Shown piece after piece: positions 31,433-38,976 of a stretch of DNA of 64,000 nucleotides. The notes under the pieces are model-generated. The model had not been told where the DNA came from. It did not search any database and saw only the letters and a list, made by a program, of their open reading frames with translations. How positions within the stretch are numbered: position 1 is the first letter of the stretch; each line of letters begins with the position of its first letter. The position numbers and the translations under genes were made by a program. Source of the stretch: an uncultured bacterium (GTDB lineage Bacteria > B130-G9); NCBI GenBank assembly GCA_965372715.1, contig CBDVDH010000015.1, forward strand, positions 2,779 through 66,778, read 5' to 3'.

Positions 31433-31649
31433 CTCCGAGTTGAATCTGTCTTATTGAAATCAGACTTCCACGATAGTGCCGCCAATTTCACCTTGTTTCA
31501 AGTGAAAAGAGCGCCGCAATTTCAGCATCAATGACGAAGTCATTGGCAGGTCGCTACCAGATTGCTCCGCAATATGGCTGCGCTGCACAGAAATCGCGGA
31601 GGGGGTGCGGGGGATTCGCCGTACGGCGAACTGTCCCCTGCAAGATCCG

Positions 31650-32126
31650 TTACGCCTCGGCTCGCGGGCGCTGGCGGCGGAGTTTGAAGAAGAAGGATTG
31701 GGCGAGCATGGCGATTAGGAAGATGTTCGTGATAATGACCTCCCAGCCGGCCTTTGCGCCCTCGCCGGACGTTGTGAAACAGCCGCAGCTGATGTCGAGG
31801 CCTCGGACGAGCGCTGCGGCGCTTGCGATGATGAAGACGACGAGGAGGGACCCGGTAACGGCCGACGCGCCGTCGGAGAACGGGCCCAGGATGAGGCACA
31901 GTCCGATAACGAGCTCTATCCAGGGCAGTATCACGGCGAAGAAGTTGATGATGAAGAACGGCAGCATCCGGTAGTTATAGACCATATCCGCGAACTGGTC
32001 GGGATGGATGATCTTGTCGATGCTGGCATAGACGAAGACGCCGCCGACGAAGACTCTGAAGAGAAGGGCCGTTATCTTGTTCCAGAAGACGAGCTTGAGA
32101 ATGCATCCGGCCGACCGTTCGCTCAT
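31650..32126 (-). CDS. MauE/DoxX family membrane protein
   Basis: FVYASIDKIIHP, LPWIELVIG, RGLDISCGCF. Confidence 0.9.
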   Translation of the reverse strand: MSERSAGCILKLVFWNKITALLFRVFVGGVFVYASIDKIIHPDQFADMVYNYRMLPFFIINFFAVILPWIELVIGLCLILGPFSDGASAVTGSLLVVFIIASAAALVRGLDISCGCFTTSGEGAKAGWEVIITNIFLIAMLAQSFFFKLRRQRPRAEA

Positions 32127-32650
32127 TCCTCGACAGGCCCCTTCCCCCGGTATTCTTTCATGCCGCCGCCAAAGACGAGTATCGGCCGCTTCAGCGTTTC
32201 GCGAAGCATCTCCGCCAGCTCATAAGCCTCGTCGCACTCAACGTCGCTGCAATACGTAACGATCTTGGCGGTTTTCAGGAGAGATGCCTTATGAGGCGGG
32301 AAGGCTTCCTCGAAGCTCTCGGACGGGATGTTGATCGCGCCTCGTATATGCCCCGTGTCGAACTCAACCTTCTTTCTGGCGTCGATGAAGAGCACGCCTG
32401 ACGTCTTCAGCAGCCTGAGCGCGGTTGCCAGATCGATCTCGGAAACTGTTGCCTCCTGGCCCGGCTTCCGCGTCTCGACGATCTTCTTCTTTGGCGGCTT
32501 GTAACCGAACAGATCGACGTTGGGCGTCCGCGCCGCGTTGACGATGAGGCCAATGGCGCTCGCCGCGACAACTAAGAACAGCGAGCGGATAATCAGTCTT
32601 TTAATGTAAACCTTGCCATTAGGCATCGCAAATATCCGTCCTGAGATCAC
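32123..32650 (-). CDS. Membrane-anchored rhodanese-like domain protein
   Basis: FIDARKKVEFDTGHIRGAINIP, IVTYCSDVEC; pairing with MauE is common. Confidence 0.88.
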   Translation of the reverse strand: MISGRIFAMPNGKVYIKRLIIRSLFLVVAASAIGLIVNAARTPNVDLFGYKPPKKKIVETRKPGQEATVSEIDLATALRLLKTSGVLFIDARKKVEFDTGHIRGAINIPSESFEEAFPPHKASLLKTAKIVTYCSDVECDEAYELAEMLRETLKRPILVFGGGMKEYRGKGPVEE

Positions 32651-32760
32651 AACTCAAATGCGTCTTCTGACCCCTATCGAAGACCAGCCTTGCCTCGAAG
32701 CCACGCGAGAATACCACAGTAGATGCGGTTTACTCAACAGCCGAAGGCCGGAGCGATACT

Positions 32761-32848
32761 GCGGGGGCGGGGCTTGTCTCCGCCCGTTTGCTCGTAAGCA
32801 CGCGACGTTACAGGCAGGGCAGGCATTCGCCGCGCGGCGGACCCCTAC
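32761..32848. repeat. Inverted REP pair (GTAG family)
   Basis: GCGGGGGCGGGGCTTGTCTCCGCCC ... CGGACCCCTAC; the first unit is the reverse complement of the copy inside galT (50663-50687). Confidence 0.7.
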
Positions 32849-32955
32849 ACAGGTCTGCGGACGCCAACACGCCCCAAGGGCGGTCTTAAAGATGATTGCC
32901 ATCAAACTTGGTTATTCAGGCGACGTCAGCCAAGGGGCAAACTCCCCATTTTTGC

Positions 32956-32983
32956 TTGACACGGAAATGGCGGGCCGTATCAT
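32956..32983 (+). promoter_or_regulatory. Putative sigma70 promoter for rnfDGEA
   Basis: TTGACA-16 bp-TATCAT about 90 bp upstream of rnfD. Confidence 0.55.
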
Positions 32984-33072
32984 TTGGGGCGTTTTGGCCG
33001 GGCGGACAGTGTCGAGAGTCAGGCTAAATAGGTGTCCAAGCAGGGAATCAATGGCGGTCTGCAAGCTAAGTA

Positions 33073-34071
33073 ATGACGCGAACTGGTTTGGCTGACGTTC
33101 TAGTTGTTTCGTCCTCCCCGCACATCAGGGCGCCTGAGTCGGTCAGCCGCATAATGTGGGACGTCAATCTCGCCCTTGTCCCGGCGGCATTTGCAGCGGT
33201 CTATTTCTTCGGGCTGCCGGCGCTTATGACAATCGTCATCACCGTTCTGTCTTGCGTTGTGTTTGAGGCGCTTTTATTGCGCTTGTTCGGCAAGTCGGTA
33301 AGGGCCTCCGACGGCAGCGCTGTGGTTACGGGGCTTCTACTAGCGTTCAACCTCCCGTCAACAGCACCCTGGTGGCTCGCAGTTACAGGCGGCTTCATAG
33401 CGATGCTCCTCGGAAAGCACGTGTATGGTGGGCTGGGCAGCAACCCCTTCAACCCGGCTCTGGTGGCCCGGGTAGCTCTTCTCATCGCCTGGCCGTCATT
33501 CATGACAACGTTCCCAGCCCCGTTCGGAGGAAGAGGCGGCACGGACGCCATCTCGGCCGCGACGCCGCTTAACCTGCTGAAGACGGACATAGACATGGGG
33601 CTGCATCTCAAGAACTCCGCGAAGGTCCTATTATCGGACCTCTTCGTAGGGAACGTGCCCGGCTGCCTCGGCGAAGTATCGGCGCTGGCTCTCCTTCTGG
33701 GCGCGGGGTATCTTCTCATAAGAAAGGTCATCAGCTGGCATATTCCGGTCGCATACATCGGGACCGTTGTCGTTTACTCAGGTATCTATTGGCTGATGGA
33801 CTCGACAACGTACGCCAGTCCGGGTTTCCACGCCTTTTCCGGCGGCCTCATGATTGGCGCCTTATTCATGGCGACCGACATGGTTACGTCACCAGTCACC
33901 AAGAAGGGCATGCTTATTTTCGGCGTCGGTTGCGGTCTTCTGACGATGATCATAAGATTCTACGGCGGGTATCCGGAGGGTGTATCGTTCTCTATCCTCT
34001 TCATGAATGCTCTGACGCCGTTAATAGACAAGTTCACAAAACCCAGAATCCTGGGGGAGGTCAAGGAATAA
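33073..34071 (+). CDS. rnfD: Rnf complex subunit D
   Basis: SSSPHIR, KHVYGGLGSNPFNPAL, FMN site SAATPL, GEVS, FMATDMVTSP, YPEGVSF. Confidence 0.95.
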   Translation: MTRTGLADVLVVSSSPHIRAPESVSRIMWDVNLALVPAAFAAVYFFGLPALMTIVITVLSCVVFEALLLRLFGKSVRASDGSAVVTGLLLAFNLPSTAPWWLAVTGGFIAMLLGKHVYGGLGSNPFNPALVARVALLIAWPSFMTTFPAPFGGRGGTDAISAATPLNLLKTDIDMGLHLKNSAKVLLSDLFVGNVPGCLGEVSALALLLGAGYLLIRKVISWHIPVAYIGTVVVYSGIYWLMDSTTYASPGFHAFSGGLMIGALFMATDMVTSPVTKKGMLIFGVGCGLLTMIIRFYGGYPEGVSFSILFMNALTPLIDKFTKPRILGEVKE

Positions 34072-34640
34072 TGGATACTGTGCCAAAGATGGTTGCCGTG
34101 CTCACCATTGTCTGCTGCGTTGCTGCGCTTGCGCTGTCGCAAGTCTATAATGTGACCAAGGAACCAATAGCAGAGGCAGAAAAGAGCGAGCAGTTAAAGG
34201 CGGTCGAGGCCGTGCTGCCTCCATATACGAACGACCCTCTGAAGGAAGTCGAAAAGCACAAATACCAGGGGACCGAATACGAGTTCTACGTGGGCAAGAA
34301 GGACGGCAAGGTCGTCGGACGCGCCGTCAAGGTCAAGACTGACGCCGGTTACAGCGGCACCATCGAGACCATGCTCGGAATAGCCCCGGACAGCAAAATA
34401 ACCGGAATCTACATTCTGAAGCACGCCGAGACGCCCGGGCTTGGCGCCAAGATCGTCGAGAAATCCTTTACCGATCAATTCGTCGGCAAGTCGCTGGCTA
34501 AATTCAAGATATCCGTCAAAAAGGACGGAGGCGACATCGATCAGATTACGGGGGCGACGATCTCACCGAGGGCCGTCTGCCTCGCCGTGAGGCACGGGCT
34601 TCTCGCTCACAAAGCTATCTACGAGAAGAAGACGCAATGA
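34071..34640 (+). CDS. rnfG: Rnf complex subunit G
   Basis: True start ATG 34071 (MDTVPKMV); GYSG, ETPGLG, FMN site DQITGATISPRAV. Confidence 0.95.
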   Translation: MDTVPKMVAVLTIVCCVAALALSQVYNVTKEPIAEAEKSEQLKAVEAVLPPYTNDPLKEVEKHKYQGTEYEFYVGKKDGKVVGRAVKVKTDAGYSGTIETMLGIAPDSKITGIYILKHAETPGLGAKIVEKSFTDQFVGKSLAKFKISVKKDGGDIDQITGATISPRAVCLAVRHGLLAHKAIYEKKTQ

Positions 34641-34704
34641 ACCGCCAATTCGCCGTTCGGCGAATCTCCGGCCTCCGGCCTGCGACTGATGAGGGTGAGT
34701 CAGC

Positions 34705-35298
34705 TTGAGCGCGGTTAGAGAGTTCACCAAAGGATTCTGGGAGCTCAACCCGCTTCTGAAGCTCGTGCTGGGCCTATGCCCCGCCCTTGCGGTTACGACC
34801 TCGGTAGAAAACGGCGTCGGAATGGGGCTCGCCGCGACGTTCGTTCTCGTCTGCTCCAATGTCATGATCTCAATGATACGGAAGATTATCCCAAAGAAGG
34901 TCAGAATCCCCTGCTTCATCGTCGTCATCGCGTCGTTCGTAACCATCGTCGATCTCGTCATGCACGGCTTCTTTATCGAGCTTTACAGGAGCCTCGGCCT
35001 CTTCATCCCGCTCATCGTTGTCAACTGCATCATCCTGGGCCGGGCTGAGGCGTTTGCGTCGCGGAACACCGTCTTCCGCTCGCTGCTCGATGGCCTCGGG
35101 ATGGGCTTTGGCTTTACCGTCGCACTCATCGTTCTGGGAACCATCCGGGAGATCCTTGGCAACGGAACCGTCTTCGGTGTCCTGGTGATGGGCACAAGCT
35201 ATGAGAAGTTCCTCATAATGATACTCCCTCCCGGCGCGTTCATTACGCTTGGCCTGCTGCTTGGGCTGATGAACAAGATCGAGATGAACAGGAAATAG
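34705..35298 (+). CDS. rnfE: Rnf complex subunit E
   Basis: LGLCPALAVT, FIPLIVVNCIILGRAEAFA, LPPGAF. Confidence 0.95.
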   Translation: MSAVREFTKGFWELNPLLKLVLGLCPALAVTTSVENGVGMGLAATFVLVCSNVMISMIRKIIPKKVRIPCFIVVIASFVTIVDLVMHGFFIELYRSLGLFIPLIVVNCIILGRAEAFASRNTVFRSLLDGLGMGFGFTVALIVLGTIREILGNGTVFGVLVMGTSYEKFLIMILPPGAFITLGLLLGLMNKIEMNRK

Positions 35299-35317
35299 AT
35301 GAGGCGCGAGAGCAGAA

Positions 35318-35899
35318 ATGACTGAGATACTCCTTCTGATAATTAGCGCCGTCTTCGTCAACAACTTCGTGCTGGCGCGATTCCTGGGGATATGCCCCTA
35401 CCTCGGCGTCTCCAAACGCGTCGAAACAGCCGTCGGGATGGGCGCCGCAGTCATATTCGTCATGACAATGGCCTCAATCGTCTCGTGGACTGTCCATTAC
35501 TTTCTACTCGTCCCGCTCGGCCTCGAATACCTCCAGATCATCGCATTCATCCTGATCATCGCCGCGCTCGTGCAACTGGTTGAGATGTTCGTCCAAAAAA
35601 CGAGTCAAGCGCTCTACAAGGCGCTCGGCATCTACCTCCCGCTGATAACGACCAACTGCGCCGTTCTGGGCGTCTCGATCCTCAACATCCAGAAGAAGTT
35701 CACCCTACTTTCGACCCTCTTCTACGGTTTTGGCGGCGCGGTCGGCTTCGCGCTCGCTATCATCATCTTCGCCGGCCTGCGCGAGCGCATCGAGCTCATG
35801 GACGTGCCCAAACCCCTCAAGGGCATCTCAATCGGCCTCATCACGGCCGGCATCCTCTCCCTCGCGTTCATGGGCTTTTCAGGCCTCGTCAAGGAGTAG
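35318..35899 (+). CDS. rnfA: Rnf complex subunit A
   Basis: NNFVLARFLGICP, LPLITTNCAVLG, LAFMGFSGL. Confidence 0.95.
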   Translation: MTEILLLIISAVFVNNFVLARFLGICPYLGVSKRVETAVGMGAAVIFVMTMASIVSWTVHYFLLVPLGLEYLQIIAFILIIAALVQLVEMFVQKTSQALYKALGIYLPLITTNCAVLGVSILNIQKKFTLLSTLFYGFGGAVGFALAIIIFAGLRERIELMDVPKPLKGISIGLITAGILSLAFMGFSGLVKE

Positions 35900-35953
35900 G
35901 GAAGTTACGCGACGCGCAGCGACTGAATCGATATCCACGATGGAGACGGAGAG

Positions 35954-36397
35954 TTGCCCCAGCACTCACATTCTCGTTGCTGGATTCATCTGATCTGGTC
36001 AACTTTCAGAAGAGAGAAGGTTCTCCACGGCGAGAACGCGGCGCGCGTATCCAATTGCCTCATGTCTATCGCTGAATCCAATGGCATATACATCAAGGCG
36101 CTTCACGTCAATCCCGATCATGTGCATGCACTGATCGATCTGTCTGCTACGCGATCCGTGGATGGAGCTGTGAAGCTTCTAAAGGGGAGTTCATCTCGGT
36201 GGATCAATGCCAATCGGCTGGTGATGGGGCACTTCCGGTGGGCGAGGGGCTATGGCGCGTTTTCAGTTTCGCAATCCGTTCCTGAGGATGTCATCGCCTA
36301 TATCGAGGGGCAGGAGGAGCATCATAGGGTAAGGACATTCGCGGAGGAGTATGAGGCTTTCGCGCGGCGGTATGGGCTGTGCTCTGGGGTAGAATGA
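35954..36397 (+). mobile_element. tnpA: IS200/IS605-superfamily Y1 HUH transposase (TnpA / REP-associated RAYT-like), no TnpB
   Basis: IHLIWST, HUH motif DHVH, LKGSSSRWIN, WARGYGAFSVS, catalytic Y in YIEGQEEHH. Confidence 0.88.
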
Positions 36398-36443
36398 CCA
36401 GAAAAGAGGAGAGAGGAGGGGGAGTCGCGTCGCCCTCTCAGGT

Positions 36444-36610
36444 CCCCCGAATGAATTCGGGGGTTAGGATAATTGGAACCATCTATATCACCGCGTTGAA
36501 ACGCGGTGATTCGGAGGGATGAACTCTCGGCACGGGCCACCCCATCGCCCGGCTTCAGCCGAGGCGATGCAGACGGCTACGATGTCCTAACCCCCATCTT
36601 CAGATGGGGG
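36444..36610 (+). repeat. Four-palindrome cassette (TGAA/TTCA-loop REP array), copy 1
   Basis: CCCCCGAATGAATTCGGGGG; ATCACCGCGTTGAAACGCGGTGAT; ATCGCCCGGCTTCAGCCGAGGCGAT; CCCCCATCTTCAGATGGGGG. Confidence 0.85.
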
Positions 36611-36759
36611 ATCCGGGGCGGCCGACACCTCCCCTATATGCCCTTCAGCTGTGGGATCCGGGGGAGCCTGACTCACTCCCCCTCCTTATAATGCTCATAA
36701 GGTCAGGCGAAGGGTCTTCTTGGGCTAAAGCCATTCTTGGTCCTTCCCCAGACGCACCT

Positions 36760-37056
36760 TCATTCTCTCTCGATCTGCTCGTCATTCCAGAAGTCTGCAA
36801 ACCGGGCATAGGCCAGGGGAGGACCGAGGCGGTGGATGTTGTCGGCGAAGTCGATTATCGTGCACTTTTGAGTGCCACCGAATTTAGGGCCACGAAGCCC
36901 CCGGCCGATAATCTGTTCATAGAGGACCTCACTCGTCGTGGGGCGGCAGAGCGCGATGCACTTGGTCTTCGGCGCGTCGAATCCAGTAGTTAAGACCCCG
37001 TAGTTGCAGAGAAACTCGATCTTCTGCTCTTTGAAATCGTGAATGAGCCCACGCCA
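36760..37056 (-). pseudogene. C-terminal fragment of an SF2 (DEAD/DEAH-type) helicase
   Basis: Startless frame absent from the ORF track: FLCNYGVLTTGFDAPKTKCIALCRPTTSEVLYEQIIGRGLRGPKFGGT (helicase motifs V and VI), with an in-frame TAG immediately upstream. Confidence 0.8.
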
Positions 37057-37100
37057 CTACACAACACTGCACGCAGTCATAACGTAGCCGGACCCAACAC

Positions 37101-38543
37101 CTACAGGTCGAAATAGAGAGCGATCTCGTAAGGATGCGTCCGGCGGCCTATAGCCTTCACGTCGTTTTGGAGCTTGTAATCGACCCAAACATCTATCGCA
37201 TCCCTTGGGAAGACGCCGCCTGCCAGCAGATACGAATGGTCGTCCTTCAGCGCCTGAAGCGACTCCTCCAGATTCTTCGGCACAGGCGTTATCTTGGCCA
37301 ACTCCCCGGCCGACATCTCAGCCACGTCCGTGTCAAACGGCCCAAAACCCTCATGGGTCGGCTCGATCTTGTTCTTGATCCCGTCCAGCCCTGCCATCAG
37401 CATCGCAGAAAGCGCCAGATAAGGATTGGCCGTCGCGTCCCCAGGCCTGAACTCGATGCACTTCGTCTCCGGTGTGTCCGCGTACAGCGGAATCCGAATA
37501 GCGGCCGACCGATTGCCGGACGAGAAAAACAGATTCGTCGGCGCCTCATAACCCGGCACGAGCCTTCTGTAGGAATTGGTGCTGGGACTCGTGAAGGCAA
37601 GCAGCGACCTGCCGTGCCTGAGTATTCCACCTATATAGTAAAGCGCCTCGTCGCTCAGATTCGCGTAGGCGCCTTTCTTGTAGAAAATGGGCTTGCCGTC
37701 CTTCTTCAGAAACTGGTGGAAGTGCATCCCATTGCCAGCCTCGCCAAAGAACGGCTTCGGAAGGAACACGGCCACTGAACCGGCCTCGCGGGCTATATTG
37801 CGAATGAGGTATTTGCCCAGCAATATATTATCCGCCGTGCGCTGCAATCTGTCGTGGAGGCACTCGATCTCAACCTGACCGTCCGCTCCAACCTCGTGAT
37901 GATGATATTTGACGCCTATCCCTGCGTCCTCCATCGCGCGAACCATGCGCATGCGCACGTCGAGCAGCTGATCAAGTGGAGGCGCTGCCTGATAGCCGTC
38001 CTTGGGGCCGAGGCCGATGTCAACGCCCTCCTCGCCAAGCGATGACAGAGCGCTGCGGGACTCCATCGCCCGCATAGTGTAGCCCGAGCCGTAACACTCG
38101 TCGTAGAATGAGACGGCCGAGACGAGGTTGAACTCAAGCTCAGGCAGCCAAGAGCTCTCGTCTGCGACGCCGAATCCGGCCAGGTATTTCTCCGCCTTTC
38201 GCGCGATATGCCGAGGGTCGCGCTCGAAAGGCTCGCACGTGTCGCAAAGCACGCAGTCGCATATAACGCTGAGCGTCGGCTCCTCGAAGAAGGGATCAAC
38301 GAACGCCGTGGTCGGGTCCGGCCTCAGGAGCATGTCCCCTCGCGCGAGCCTCGTGAAACCGGGCACGCTCGACCCGTCGAAGCCGACGCCTGCCTTCAGA
38401 AGCTCCATGCCCTTCTCGGTAACCGGGACCGTTACGTGGCGCCATCGACCTACAAGGTCGCAATACTTGAGGTCGCACGAGCGGAAGTTGCCCACAAGAT
38501 AGCCAATCAGGTCGTCTATGGTTCGAATCTCTGCAATTGCCAT
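37101..38543 (-). CDS. glnA: Glutamine synthetase type I
   Basis: FDGSSVPGF, HHHEVG, FLPKPFFGEAGNGMHFHQ, NSYRRLVPGYEAP, NRSAAIRIP, IEFRPGD; likely start ATG 38543 after GGGAG. Confidence 0.96.
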   Translation of the reverse strand: MAIAEIRTIDDLIGYLVGNFRSCDLKYCDLVGRWRHVTVPVTEKGMELLKAGVGFDGSSVPGFTRLARGDMLLRPDPTTAFVDPFFEEPTLSVICDCVLCDTCEPFERDPRHIARKAEKYLAGFGVADESSWLPELEFNLVSAVSFYDECYGSGYTMRAMESRSALSSLGEEGVDIGLGPKDGYQAAPPLDQLLDVRMRMVRAMEDAGIGVKYHHHEVGADGQVEIECLHDRLQRTADNILLGKYLIRNIAREAGSVAVFLPKPFFGEAGNGMHFHQFLKKDGKPIFYKKGAYANLSDEALYYIGGILRHGRSLLAFTSPSTNSYRRLVPGYEAPTNLFFSSGNRSAAIRIPLYADTPETKCIEFRPGDATANPYLALSAMLMAGLDGIKNKIEPTHEGFGPFDTDVAEMSAGELAKITPVPKNLEESLQALKDDHSYLLAGGVFPRDAIDVWVDYKLQNDVKAIGRRTHPYEIALYFDL

Positions 38544-38674
38544 TTGTCTCTCCCTATGAAATCGTGAGTAAACGCCGCCCGCTGCCCTCTGTCCCGATCC
38601 CGATCGAGCTCGAGTGAAAGGCCTCACATCGAATCGCAACACCAGAAAGCCCTGGTCTTCGACGGCAGCGAGGC

Positions 38675-38703
38675 AATATATCTCCGGAACACCGCCATGT
38701 CAA
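38675..38703 (-). promoter_or_regulatory. Sigma70 promoter for glnA
   Basis: Minus strand TTGACA-17 bp-TATATT. Confidence 0.7.
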
Positions 38704-38976
38704 GCGGATACCGGGCCGAGCGGTTCCGTGAAACAGAAACTGGGAGAAAAGGAAAAAAGGACAAGGGGAGAAAAGGAAAGAGCCGCAGCCTTGAGCGCTT
38801 CAGCCGAGCCGGATTGACCCCTTGACCCTTGTCCGCCATAGCCTCGGCGAAGGCGGAAGCCTCACAATCCCCAATCCCCAATCCGAAATCGGCACGTCCT
38901 ACGGCAGCTCGTTGATCCAGCCCCACCCTAAGATCTGGGCGTCACCATAGGCTTTGATGGAGACGGGGCCGGGTGT

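Noticed and set aside
36444-36610. CRISPR array
   Set aside because: The palindromes differ from each other, spacing is irregular and there are no cas genes.
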